A stretch of DNA of 63,825 nucleotides, filler included, from Octopus bimaculoides (GCF_001194135.2; 8 parts of 8 records of this genome joined end to end with filler, not necessarily neighbours in it); one strand, 5' to 3'; counted from the whole stretch's first letter, positions 37,450 through 49,286 are shown. Numbers and translations are program-made. Notes: generated by a model from the letters alone, not told the origin.

Positions 37450-37603
37450 CTATTTATAAATATCGCTGTTTAGCGCTGCCACCCCGTAAGTTATTTTTGG
37501 ATATCATATTTTCCTTTCTTCTTTTTGTCAAATTAACCCGAATAATCTGTATGTATATATGTACATGTGTACGTAGGTGTGGTGTGCATGTATGCGTGTG
37601 TAT

Positions 37604-37775
37604 ATACGACGGGCGTCTATCAATTTTCTTCCACCAACTCTACTCACAAAATTGTGATCGGCCCTGAGTAATAGTAGAAGACATGTGCTCATTTTGCCGC
37701 GCTGTGGACTGAACTCCGAACCATGAGTTGGCAAGCAAACTTCCTGTCACATAACGACACTTCCTATTACATAGC
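37604..37775 (-). mobile_element. SINE family A head, diverged
   Basis: ACGACGGGCG...CTACTCACAA...ATAGTAGAAGACA...GGACTGAACTCCGAACCATG is homologous to the family A head. Confidence 0.65.
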
Positions 37776-38109
37776 CACACACGCCTCTTCCATACATATA
37801 GATATATATGTAATTCAAAGTCTGACTTAATCCTTGCAGGTCATTAGGCCGGAGATTTCTTAAGTTTATACACGACTGAGAGTAGAAGCTACAACCTTAG
37901 CGTGATGACTGTCCTCCGCAAGTTTTACTCTCAACTAGAGCGGGAAATCACTTCGGCAGTGTTGTCTATAACACCTTGAAATATGCCTCGTTTAAGTATA
38001 CATCAGTACCCATGTGTATTCGTTTGTATGTATGATAATGTGAATGCGTTTATATCCAAGTTTATATGTTTGTGTAGGTATGTATGTTCATATCTATCTA
38101 TCTATCTAC

Positions 38110-38403
38110 CTAAACGGTCATCTATCCAGACCTTTCAGCATCATGCGTTCGGTTCGTCAAGGATGCCCCCTCTCGGCCCTTCTGTATGTATTGACTCTTG
38201 AGCCTCTACTGCGGAAGCTGGCGACGCTGAGGGGCATCCCACGAGAGCTGGGATGTGGGACGAGCGTGTCTGCATACGCGGACGACGTCACCGTCATAGT
38301 GTCGAGCCAAAAGCACATCGAGCTGGTCGGCGAGAGACTAACGGTAACGGGAGCAAAAATTAACCGGGATAAGTCAGTGGGCTTGCGGCTCGGCACCTGG
38401 AGA
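38110..38403 (+). mobile_element. L1/Tx1-clade LINE reverse-transcriptase fragment
   Basis: NGHLSRPFSIMRSVRQGCPLSALLYVLTLEPLLRKL...SAYADDVTV...GAKINRDKS; a GC-rich island truncated by a gap. Confidence 0.9.
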
Positions 38404-38518
38404 NNNNNNNNNNNNNNNNNNNNNNNNNNNNNNNNNNNNNNNNNNNNTTAATTAATTAANNNNNNNNNNNNNNNNNNNNNNNNNNNNNNNNNNNNNNNNN
38501 NNNTATATATGTATATAT

Positions 38519-38580
38519 GGCAATATACTACACTTTATCGTGCAGTTACTGTTAATACTTCATTTAGAGAATTAACATAG

Positions 38581-38583
<3 letters not shown>
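38519..38583 (+). mobile_element. Family G outer-end fragment
   Basis: GGCAATATACTACACTTTATCGTGCAGTTACTGTTAATACTTCATTTAGAGAATTAACAT is the reverse complement of 33413-33472. Confidence 0.85.
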
Positions 38584-38619
<36 letters not shown>

Positions 38620-38689
38620 TCACACGTACACACACATACATATCTATATATATACTCTCTTACTCTTTTACTCTTTCACTTGTTTCAGT

Positions 38690-40410
38690 CTCTCACCCAG
38701 AGACCTCAAGAGACAACAGGTTAGAAGTTCAAGCTGGTTATGCCTAGGGTGTCATATATTTGGTTTTGCACATTGTATTGTTCTAGAGAATGTTGAAGAA
38801 ACCATAAGAAAATTATGAGTTTGTTTTAGAATTTGAGATTACATAGACAGTATTTTACGTAGGATATGGGCAGTTCCCATGGGCACTATCTTTTGAATTT
38901 CTGCCATTTTGGGGTTTCCTGGTATCTGAGTTAGGTAGGAATCATCCCCTTTTGCTATCATTCCTAAGGCACGTATGACAACAGGTATTATTTTAGTCTT
39001 GGGGTTCCTCATTTTACCAATCTATTTCAAGATGTTTATATTTGCTCAGTTTTTGGTAGGTCTTGACAGATACATTTATGTCGATTGGGACAGTCATATC
39101 AATGAGGAGGCATGATTTTTGTCTGAAGTATTTCAATATGATATCTGGCCTATTCGCATCTATCTTTCTGCCAGTTTGAATGGTGAAGTTCCAGAAGAGT
39201 GAGATGTGGTAATTTTCAAGTACTGGAGATGGTTTGTGTTCCCACCAGTTTTTTTATCATGGGGCAGGTCCAGGTTTTTGCAAATTAGCCAGTGAATATA
39301 TTGTGCTGCTCTATCATGCTTGTTGAGATACTCTGTAGGCGCAAGCAGACTGCACATGGAGACAGCATGATCAATGGTTTCATTTTGTTATTCATGTACA
39401 CACGTTGGGCTACTGCCGTTCTTTGATATGTTGGCCTGGTAGCACCTTGTAGGTAGGCATTGATCTTGGGCTGCTATCGTAAACCCTTCTGTTTTTTATT
39501 TTAAGCTAAGAAGACACTAACCAGTGATGGGTAAGGGCTTTGTCAATATCGGCACGATTAGCTCACTTTGGGTATTTGCCATTGAGAAGTTTTTCTTGCC
39601 ATTTATCAGTAAGAATATCTTAGGCAGCAGTTTTAGCACGGGTTTCATACGCTTAGCTTTTTCTGTGCTTGTTTCCAGTACGTCTAATTCTGGAATTTGT
39701 TGTCTTTGGAATTCACTTAGATATTCCTTTGCCTGTTTTGTTACTGAGTACGATGTTTTCTTGTTTTCATGTTTTGAGACAAGTTTTTAAGGCACTCCGT
39801 CGCTTACAGCGTCGAGGGTTCCAGTTGATCCGATCAACGGAACAGCCTGCTCGTGAAATTAACGTGCAAGTGGTTGAGCACTCCACAGACACGTGTACCC
39901 TTAACGTAGTTCTCGGGGATATTCAGCGTGACACAGTGTGACAAGGCTGACCCTTTGAATTACAGGCACAGCAGAAACAGGAAGTAAGAGTGAGAGAAAG
40001 TTGTGGTGAAAGAGTACAGCAGAGTTCGCTACCATCCCCTGCCGGAGCCTAGTGGAGCTTTAGGTGTTTTCGCTCAATAAACACTCACAACGCCCGGTCT
40101 GGGAATCGAAACCGAGATCCTATGACTGCGAGTCCGCTGCCCTAACCACTGGGCCATTGCGCCTCCACAGACAAGTTTTAACATCCAGTCATCAGAGTTT
40201 TTCCAGTAGGTGTCTGGGCCAATTGTGGCAATCTTCATTGTTAATTCCAGTTGTAAAAGCCCACGGACACCCTCTTTTCTTGGCAGGTAAAATCGTTCTG
40301 TATCTGCCTTAGGGTGGTGCATTCTATGCATTGTCAACAATTTTCGTATTTTTCTGTCAAGATTACATATTTCAGTAATTGACCAGTTAATGATATTGAA
40401 TCTATAAGTC
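38690..40410 (-). mobile_element. R4/Dong-like non-LTR retrotransposon (RT C-terminus + Zn knuckle + restriction-like endonuclease), decayed and split by a SINE
   Basis: Fragments: YRFNIINWSITEICNLDRKIRKLLTMHRMHHPKADTERFYLPRKEGVRGL; ETIDHAVSMCSLLAPTEYLNKHDRAAQYIHW; DANRPDIILK...LLIDMTVP...KLSKYKHL (PD..D..K RLE motif). Confidence 0.85.
39791..40168 (-). mobile_element. tRNA-derived SINE family B, full length, nested in the R4-like LINE
   Basis: Head GGAGGCGCAATGGCCCAGTGGTTAGGGCAGCGGACTCGC...GGTTTCGATTCCC. TSD is AGACAAGTTTTTAA (39777-39790) and AGACAAGTTTTAA (40169-40181). Confidence 0.95.
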
Positions 40411-40453
40411 ATCATCATCATCATCATCGTTGTTGTTGTTGTTATTGTTGTTA

Positions 40454-40520
<67 letters not shown>
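40411..40520 (+). repeat. Composite (CAT)n(GTT)n(ATT)n microsatellite
   Basis: Directly visible. Confidence 0.95.
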
Positions 40521-40522
<2 letters not shown>

Positions 40523-40756
40523 CTTTGTTTACTATATTCCCTAGGCGGAGGATACAGTAATCCAGTTTTTCACGGTCACCATTTCATACAGATCTCACCA
40601 TGGGTTCAGCATTCTCTTGCTCAGAAACCCGACCAAGTATCGATGAGGTACGAGAGATATTGTACCCGCAAGAAGGCAATAGGCGCTATGGTAAGTACCC
40701 GCCCTTTTCGGTTTTGATTTTTTCCTTCTCTCTCTCTCTCTTCAATGTTCATGCAC

Positions 40757-40828
40757 GCCTGTGTGTCTTCGTGTGTGTACGCCTGTGTGTCTTCGCGTGT
40801 GTACGCCTGTGTGTCTTCGTGTGTGTAC
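40757..40828 (+). repeat. 24-bp minisatellite x3
   Basis: Unit GCCTGTGTGTCTTCG(T/C)GTGTGTAC. Confidence 0.9.
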
Positions 40829-40867
40829 GTCTGTGTACGTGTGTGCCTGTGCGTGTGTGTGTGTGTT

Positions 40868-41060
40868 CACTCATTTACTTGTTTCCGTCATTTGACTGTG
40901 ACCATGCTGGAGCACTTGCCTTAAAGGGTTTTTTAGTCGAACAGATCGACCCCAGGACTTTCTTTTTATCGGTTTCTTTTTTTTGCAGAACTTCTAAGTC
41001 ACGGGGGCGTAAACAAACCAACACCGGTTGTCAAGCGATAATGGGGGACAAACACAGATA
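40868..41060 (-). mobile_element. SINE family A tail
   Basis: TTACTTGTTTCCGTCATTTGACTGTGACCATGCTGGAGCAC...GGGGACAAACACAG. Confidence 0.8.
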
Positions 41061-41666
41061 AAAGGACACACACACATAGATATATACATATATATATATA
41101 TATATACATCGTCCGTTGTACATTCTTTTTCTACCAAATTATTTGCATGTTAAGATATAAATGACCAGACACCGAATCACATTTAAAAGACAGGAAAGTC
41201 AAACAACAATAAGATGTAAAGAAGCTAAGGATAAACTGGGATTAGAATTGTTTCAAGTCTCTTTTCCATAACAAAATAATCCTTTCCCCTATAAGGCAAT
41301 TCTGTATGAGGGAAGTATTATCGATTACGTCGATCCCAATGTTTNNNNNNNNNNNNNNNNNNNNNNNNNNNNNNNNNNNNNNNNNNNNNNNNNNNNNNNN
41401 NNNNNNNNNNNNNNNNNNNNNNNNNNNNNNNNNNNNNNNNNNNNNNNNNNNNNNNNNNNNNNNNNNNNNNNNNNNNNNNNNNNNNNNNNNNNNNNNNNNN
41501 NNNNNNNNNNNNNNNNNNNNNNNNNNNNNNNNNNNNNNNNNNNNNNNNNNNNNNNNNNNNNNNNNNNNNNNNNNNNNNNNNNNNNNNNNNNNNNNNNNNN
41601 NNNNNNNATTGAGCTTTATAGATAAAATATATATAAAATATATAGTTTTAGGGAAAATAACCAAGT

Positions 41667-41851
41667 TTTTTACTTGTTTCAGTCATATGACTGCAGCCAT
41701 GCTGGAGCACCGCCTTTAGTCGAGCAAATCGACCCCAGTATTTATATCTTTTGAGCCTGGTACTTATTCTATCGGTTCCTTTTGCCGAACCGCTAAGTTA
41801 CGGTGACGTAAATACACCAGCATCGGTTGTCAAGCGATGTTGGGGGGACAA

Positions 41852-41853
<2 letters not shown>
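41667..41853 (-). mobile_element. SINE family A tail
   Basis: TTACTTGTTTCAGTCATATGACTGCAGCCATGCTGGAGCACCGCC...CCGAACCGCTAAGTTACGG. Confidence 0.85.
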
Positions 41854-41895
<42 letters not shown>

Positions 41896-42121
41896 ATATA
41901 TATATATATATATACATCGTCCGTTGTACATTCTTTTTCTACCAAATTATTTGCATGTTAAGATATAAATGACCAGACACCGAATCACATTTAAAAGACA
42001 GGAAAGTCAAACAACAATAAGATGTAAAGAAGCTAAGGATAAACTGGGATTAGAATTGTTTCAAGTCTCTTTTCCATAACAAAATAATCCTTTCCCCTAT
42101 AAGGCAATTCTGTATGAGGGA

Positions 42122-42295
42122 AGTATTATCGATTACGTCGATCCCAATGTTTGATTGGTTCTTATTCTATCGATTCCGAAATGATGAATGGCAAAGTCCA
42201 CCTCGGTGGAATTTGAACTCAGAACATCAAGCCGGATGAAATACCGCTAAGCATTTTATCCGGAGTGCTAACAATTCTTACCAGCTCGTCGCCTT
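42122..42295 (-). mobile_element. Nin/Deu-domain SINE
   Basis: The reverse complement gives AAGGCGACGAGCTGG...TTCTGAGTTCAAATTCCACCGAGGTGGACTTTGCCATTCATC. Confidence 0.75.
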
Positions 42296-42627
42296 CTCTA
42301 AAAACAAAATGGGTTTCACATGGCTCGCTTTTATAATCTATGGGAGCTAACTCTTTCTATAGCGGTTACTTCCCTTACTTTTCTTGATAGTTTTTCAATG
42401 CATTTTTTTCGTCACAATTTTTCAATGTTATTTTATTTCCTTGCTGGAAACATTATTAAGTTTGCGTGAGAACATCTCCGTTCGAAGAGCATGATTGTTT
42501 CAAATCCTCATGTTTTCTTCTTTCATTAATTATCTCGATAACAAAAACAAAAAAATACAATTCCAAAGGAGAAAGATTTTTTTAAAAGATATTTTATATT
42601 TTGTTTATTAATATTGTTAGGTTATTG

Positions 42628-43330
42628 AGGCGGCGAGCTGGTCGACTTTGCCTCTCATCCTTTCGGGGTCGATAAATTAAGTACCAGTTACGCACTAGGG
42701 TCGATGTAATCGACTTAATCCCTTTGTCTGTCCTTCTTTGTCCCCTCTTGTGGGCAATAAAGAAATAAGAAACTTTAGCACGCCGGGCGAGATGCTTAGT
42801 GGTATTTCGTCTGTCTTTACGTTCTGAGTTCAAATTCCGCCGAGGTCGATTTTGCCTTTCATCCTTCCAAGGTAGATGAAATAAGTACCAGTTGAACACC
42901 GGGGTCCATGTAATCAACTTACCCCCTCCTCCGAAATTGCTGGCCTTGTGCCAAAATTTGAAATCGATGCTGTCAGTTATTTTAAGGCGTTGCAAGCCGG
43001 ACAAAATGCTTAGTGGCATTTCGTCCGTCTTTCCATTCTGAGTTCAAATACCGCTGAGGTCGACTTACCTTTCATCCTTTCAAGGTCGCTATGACAAGTA
43101 CCAGTTAAACACTGGGGGTCGATGTAATCGATTTATCCTCCTCCCCCAAAATTAATGGCCTTGTGCCAAAATTTGAAACCAGTTATTTGGCTTGGTGGAA
43201 TCGAAAACGCAACAAGCAAAATAGCATGAGATATTTCGTTATATACCTTAATGTTGCAAGTTCAGATCCCACCGAGGTTGACTTTCGTCTTCCCAGGGTC
43301 TGTAAAATGAAATAAACAACCAAGTCGACG
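42628..43330 (+). mobile_element. Head-to-tail cluster of four Nin/Deu-domain SINE units
   Basis: The Nin-like block GTCGAC/TT...TCATCCTTTC...AAGTACCAG recurs at ~42644, ~42845, ~43058 and (degenerate) ~43275. Confidence 0.8.
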
Positions 43331-43851
43331 CGTTCGACCACAGCCCCTACAACCAATAAAATAGTATTCAACCTTTATTCCTATATAAGAAATCAATATT
43401 AGTGGACTCCTAATATGCTAAATATAGATAAATATAGACGTCAAATCGCCATTACCACGAAGAGTGTGTTCTCAAGAATCACACTNNNNNNNNNNNNNNN
43501 NNNNNNNNNNNNNNNNNNNNNNNNNNNNNNNNNNNNNNNNNNNNNNNNNNNNNNNNNNNNNNNNNNNNNNNNNNNNNNNNNNNNNNNNNNNNNNNNNNNN
43601 NNNNNNNNNNNNNNNNNNNNNNNNNNNNNNNNNNNNNNNNNNNNNNNNNNNNNNNNNNNNNNNNNNNNNNNNNNNNNNNNNNNNNNNNNNNNNNNNNNNN
43701 NNNNNNNNNNNNNNNNNNNNNNNNNNNNNNNNNNNNNNNNNNNNNNNNNNNNNNNNNNNNNNNNNNNNNNNNNNNNNNNNNNNNNNNNNNNNNNNNNNNN
43801 NNNNNNNNNNNNNNNNNNNNNNNNNNNNNNNNNNNNNNNNNNNNNNNNNNN

Positions 43852-44050
43852 ATGTTTGCGAGGGGGAGACAAACTCCTCCACCCAGCTTAGCCAGCATTC
43901 AGGGACATGTTTCTGAGTCTTTGCTCGTCATCAGCCTGAAGTAGCATGACCAGCTGGTTGAAGAAGTCTGTCAACCTCTCGCAAACATTAAGGACACAGT
44001 AAATGTGTCAAGGCCGACAGGAAGCGGTCCAGCTTCCTAGGGCTAAACAG
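43852..44050. mobile_element. Short repeat (family H) with a minus-strand hammerhead and a GACACA hairpin / GGGCTAA end module
   Basis: Contains the 43898-43940 motif and GGACACAGTAAATGTGTC...CCTAGGGCTAAAC, homologous to 34501-34555 and 8763-8818. Confidence 0.5.
43898..43940 (-). ncRNA. Minimal type-I hammerhead ribozyme motif
   Basis: UUCAGG / CUGAUGA / C-GAG-CAAAGA-CUC-A / GAA / ACAUGU / C / CCUGAA. It has a perfect 6-bp stem I, a palindromic stem III and a canonical GUC triplet. Confidence 0.7.
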
Positions 44051-45288
44051 CAGTAGTATATTCCCTTATTGAGATTGTCACATTAAGTTGACAATATACA
44101 ACAACTTTATCGCATTAACTCTGCTTAACTCTCTCTGAGAGATTTAGAAATATGATATTTCATATATATATATATATATAATACAAAGAATATATATGCA
44201 TGTATACGCACATATATGTACATACTTACATCTACATGTGTATATAGATGCATATCAAGGTACAGGATGTTAGAACAATGAACTACAGACAACGGAACGA
44301 ACACATAGGAAAACAGATAGCCACTTGGAATAAATCCTTCGTCAGCTGCCTCTATTCTAACTAGACGTTTCGAAGATTCACATATATATATGTGTATACA
44401 TATAAGTAAACATATATATATACATACATACAGATGTATATATATATAAGTGGTAATGGTTTGCTGCTGCTGCTGGTAGAATGAGGCAAGAAATAAGAGG
44501 GAGAGAGAGAGACACGCAGCAATAAGTCAGTAAAAGCAATAAAGATATCAACGGAATGGTAACACAATAAAGAAGAAAAGAAGAACAACAACAACAATAA
44601 CAAGAACAAGAGGGGTTGATAACAGAAGGTGGGGGGAAGGGGGTAGAATATAGGATGTTATTTAATGCTGAGATCAGCAAAAGGGGGGCGGTAACAGAGT
44701 TTGTTTATAACTGTGGCCTGACACTGCAATTGTATGTATGGTTATGTGTTGTGTGTGCGTGTGAGAGAGAGAGAGAGTGCGCGCGCGCGTTTATGAAGGG
44801 GACACATTTACACGCACATGCATGTATATATATATATATATATNNNNNNNNNNNNNNNNNNNNNNNNNNNNNNNNNNNNNNNNNNNNNNNNNNNNNNNNN
44901 NNNNNNNNNNNNNNNNNNNNNNNNNNNNNNNNNNNNNNNNNNNNNNNNNNNNNNNNNNNNNNNNNNNNNNNNNNNNNNNNNNNNNNNNNNNNNNNNNNNN
45001 NNNNNNNNNNNNNNNNNNNNNNNNNNNNNNNNNNNNNNNNNNNNNNNNNNNNNNNNNNNNNNNNNNNNNNNNNNNNNNNNNNNNNNNNNNNNNNNNNNNN
45101 NNNNNNNNNNNNNNNNNNNNNNNNNNNNNNNNNNNNNNNNNNNNNNNNNNNNNNNNNNNNNNNNNNNNNNNNNNNNNNNNNNNNNNNNNNNNNNNNNNNN
45201 NNNNNNNNNNNNNNNNNNNNNNNNNNNNNNNNNNNNNNNNNNNNNNNNNNNNNNNNNNNNNNNNNNNNNNNNNNNNNNNNNNNNNNNN

Positions 45289-45320
<32 letters not shown>

Positions 45321-45648
45321 CGTATGTATAGGTATGCGTGTGTGTGTGTGTTGTGTGTGCATATATGTGTATGTATGTATGCATGCTTGTGTGCATGTGT
45401 GTGTGTCTGCCTGTACTGAGACTCCTCGGGAGCTGTCTGTGACATACAACGACCAGGCAGTAGCTATTGTATACAGTCACGTGATAGTCACATGTGTTGG
45501 TGGCGTGTTTTACAAACTTACTCAACGTTTATTATTGTTTGGCCTTCATCTTTTGTTTTCTATTTTATGTGTGAATGACTGTGTGTATGTATGTGTGTGT
45601 GTGTGTGTTTGAGTGAAGATACATACATATATGAATATGTCCGCACAT

Positions 45649-45688
<40 letters not shown>

Positions 45689-45987
45689 AGAAGGGAGCGA
45701 GAGGAGAGCTATCTATGAATTAGCGAAGGCAAAGACAGTTTGCTCAAATCTAACCTCACTTTCTTCCCATTCTCTCACTCTTTCACACATACATTCACAC
45801 GCACGCACACACGCACGCACGCACGCACGCACACGCGCGCGCTAGGTTACGGGGACATAAACAATATTTGTACTCTTTTATACGTTCTAGCCCAAAGGTT
45901 TGTGCCATACTAAGGCACTATATTTATATAGATATATATATATATAATAAATATATATTATATGTCATATATAATAAACATATATAT

Positions 45988-46148
45988 AGGAGTGGCTGTG
46001 TGGTAAGTAGCTTGCTTACCAACCACATGGTTCCGGGTTCAGTGCCACTACGTGGCACCTTGGGCAAGTGTCTTCAACTATAGCCTCGGGCCTACCAAAT
46101 CCTTGTGAGTGGATTTGGTAGACAGAAACTGAAAGAAGCCCGTCGAAT
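45988..46148 (+). mobile_element. SINE family A head
   Basis: GGAGTGGCTGTGTGGTAAGTAGCTTGCTTACCAACCACATGGTTCCGGGTTCAGTGCC...GAAAGAAGCCCGTCG. Confidence 0.9.
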
Positions 46149-47224
46149 ATATGTATATATATATATATNNNNNNNNNNNNNNNNNNNNNNNNNNNNNNNN
46201 NNNNNNNNNNNNNNNNNNNNNNNNNNNNNNNNNNNNNNNNNNNNNNNNNNNNNNNNNNNNNNNNNNNNNNNNNNNNNNNNNNNNNNNNNNNNNNNNNNNN
46301 NNNNNNNNNNNNNNNNNNNNNNNNNNNNNNNNNNNNNNNNNNNNNNNNNNNNNNNNNNNNNNNNNNNNNNNNNNNNNNNNNNNNNNNNNNNNNNNNNNNN
46401 NNNNNNNNNNNNNNNNNNNNNNNNNNNNNNNNNNNNNNNNNNNNNNNNNNNNNNNNNNNNNNNNNNNNNNNNNNNNNNNNNNNNNNNNNNNNNNNNNNNN
46501 NNNNNNNNNNNNNNNNNNNNNNNNNNNNNNNNNNNNNNNNNNNNNNNNNNNNNNNNNNNNNNNNNNNNNNNNNNNNNNNNNNNNNNNNNNNNNNNNNNNN
46601 NNNNNNNNNNNNNNNNNNNNNNNNNNNNNNNNNNNNNNNNNNNNNNNNNNNNNNNNNNNNNNNNNNNNNNNNNNNNNNNNNNNNNNNNNNNNNNNNNNNN
46701 NNNNNNNNNNNNNNNNNNNNNNNNNNNNNNNNNNNNNNNNNNNNNNNNNNNNNNNNNNNNNNNNNNNNNNNNNNNNNNNNNNNNNNNNNNNNNNNNNNNN
46801 NNNNNNNNNNNNNNNNNNNNNNNNNNNNNNNNNNNNNNNNNNNNNNNNNNNNNNNNNNNNNNNNNNNNNNNNNNNNNNNNNNNNNNNNNNNNNNNNNNNN
46901 NNNNNNNNNNNNNNNNNNNNNNNNNNNNNNNNNNNNNNNNNNNNNNNNNNNNNNNNNNNNNNNNNNNNNNNNNNNNNNNNNNNNNNNNNNNNNNNNNNNN
47001 NNNNNNNNNNNNNNNNNNNNNNNNNNNNNNNNNNNNNNNNNTATATATATATACATATATACATGTACGAGTTGTTTTATACGCTTGATCGTTTTAGTAA
47101 ATCTCTTCTACAAATAAATGCATCGTCACTTCCATCACTTCCATCATCACCACCACCGCCACCACCCACCACCACCATCATCATGATCATCATCATCATC
47201 ATCATCATCTTCAACAACAACACC

Positions 47225-47470
47225 CTCACCGCCATCTGAAAAGGACAGGTTTGCAGCAGACCATATCACTCCGGTTCCCTCTATAATATTTTCTTGTCTG
47301 AGATTCTTCAACGCTCTGAGATCCTGTATCGCCATTTCTTCCCATGTCTTCCACCCATCTGTTCTCTCTCCAGTTTCTCCACTCACCCATGATGAGTACA
47401 AGGGTGATGGGTACAAGTCTTGTACCCATTACATTTCCCATCTGACCCCTTTCGGGATAACGGCGGCCTC
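47225..47470 (-). mobile_element. Possible degenerate RTE-like LINE 3' end with a (GAT)n/(GGT)n tail
   Basis: Minus frames give RRNWRENRWVED- and NRSDM-like remnants followed by a trinucleotide tail; weak. Confidence 0.3.
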
Positions 47471-48009
47471 TGTCTGAGAAATGAACCATTTGATGGGGTG
47501 CGGCTGCTACAGCGAGTGTCGCTGGCCATTCTTTACAGCAACGCCATCGAAGACATTACCGCAGGGCGCGGCTGAGCACACCACTTGTCTGACCTGGAGG
47601 GGGGGTGACCCCTGCTTTATCCCCTTCCCCTTTTTCTTTTCTTTTTATCTTCCTTTTTATTCAGTCGTTAAATGTTATAATTTAAAACAATGGCTCTTAA
47701 AGGATACTGATCCTCTGGGGGCAGTGAAGAGATCCGGTGTTGTGTAAGGGGGCGTTGAAGAAAAGTGGGTCAATAATAGAGCGGCCAAAATGGGGCGATG
47801 GGTGTAAAAATAATAAAACAATGGGTTTTAAATGTGAATCACAGTTGTTTTGAATTTGCTGCAAAAACGTGGTCTATGTTAATGGTGGCGTGTAGGGGAG
47901 GTAGCGCTAAGATTGTGGCCTGGGTGCCAATGGGGCGGCATCCCAAAGAAGTTGGGGAACCACTGATTGAAAATGAGATCTGCTGAATAATTGACTAGAA
48001 ATAAAGCTA

Positions 48010-48520
48010 CAAAGTGGTATCAAAAAGGCTCCGGACTAGTTCTTGCAGCGCGCCAACAGATGGCAGCACACGGTTGCGTGCGCACTGAGAGCTAGCAGTG
48101 ACCTTCATGAGGTAATGTGCCTAATGACATCGTTGTGTTTACTTTGCAAGTTGTGAAATTTGTGTTTTTGTGATCACGTGTGTGGTGTAGTTTGTGGTTT
48201 TGTTGGGAACAGGAAGTTGGAAAGAAGATGCCTACGTGAAATTTTGCGTTAAACTCGAGAACTCTGCTACAGAGACATTGAGCATGCTTCAGCAAATTTA
48301 TAGCGACGAGGCAATGGGTTGTACACAATGTTTCGGGCGCTTCAAAAGCGAAAGAACCTCTCTGGAAGACGATGAAGGATCTGGAAGACATGCCACAAGC
48401 GTCATACCCGGAAATGTAGTAATGTGCATCGAGAATGCATGCCCCAGGGCCAGAGCGTCGATTGAGTGTAGTACTGCGACGTTTTGAATCGTTTGAGGAA
48501 GGACACTCGGCGAAAGCGAT
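48010..48520 (+). mobile_element. Mariner 5' end and N-terminal transposase relic
   Basis: TA|CAAAGTGGTATCAAAAAGGCTCCGGACT resembles a mariner TIR. YVKFCVKLENSATETLSMLQQIYSDEAM...RFKSERTSLEDDEGSGR is the mariner HTH region. Confidence 0.8.
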
Positions 48521-48669
48521 GTCTGTTCACCTCTCAACAACAACAACAGCAACAACTGTTAGCGTGTCAGTATGTAGGCAAATGTAATTGCGAACCCCCA
48601 TCACTCTTAGATAAACGCTGGGGTAACTGTTAATACAGGCTCCCTTCTGAACCTCACCTGAGGGCGCCA

Positions 48670-48775
48670 AATACTACTACTGCTACCACCACTAATATCA
48701 CTACCACGACTAATATCACTACCACCACTAATATCACTACCACCACCTCTAACTCCACTACTACTAATACTATTG

Positions 48776-48810
<35 letters not shown>

Positions 48811-48889
48811 CCACCACCACCACCACAACCACCAGAATCGCAACTACTACCACTATTACTTCTGCTGCTGCTTCTACTATTTCTACTAT

Positions 48890-48969
<80 letters not shown>

Positions 48970-49187
48970 TTTATGCTACTGTTGCTGCCGTTGTTGCTGC
49001 TACTGCTACATCACCACCACCACCACAACTATTACTACTTCTGCTACCACCACTGCTGCTACTACTACTACACCATCACCACCACCACCACCACCACTAC
49101 CACCACTACCAGTTCTACTACTACTACATCACCACTACTACCACCACTTCTACTACTTCTACTACTACCACCACCACCACCACCACC

Positions 49188-49237
<50 letters not shown>

Positions 49238-49286
49238 CAATATCGACTCTACCGCCACTGCCACCACCATCGTCACCACCATCATA
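48670..49286 (+). repeat. Large composite trinucleotide tract (CAT/CAC/TAC/TGC) preceded by an 18-bp unit repeat
   Basis: Directly visible; ACTACCAC(C/G)ACTAATATC x3 at ~48680-48740. Confidence 0.95.

Noticed and set aside
41095-42152. Identical ~250-bp segment at ~41095-41344 and ~41900-42152
   Set aside because: An exact duplicate flanking an N gap and joined through microsatellite/SINE tails; most likely redundant or misjoined contig ends.
44322-44375. Hammerhead halves on the minus strand (GAAACGUC followed by CUGACGA-A-GGA/UCC)
   Set aside because: The halves are in permuted order, stem I does not pair, and stem II is not followed by GAAA. Possibly a rearranged Penelope pLTR remnant, but not callable.
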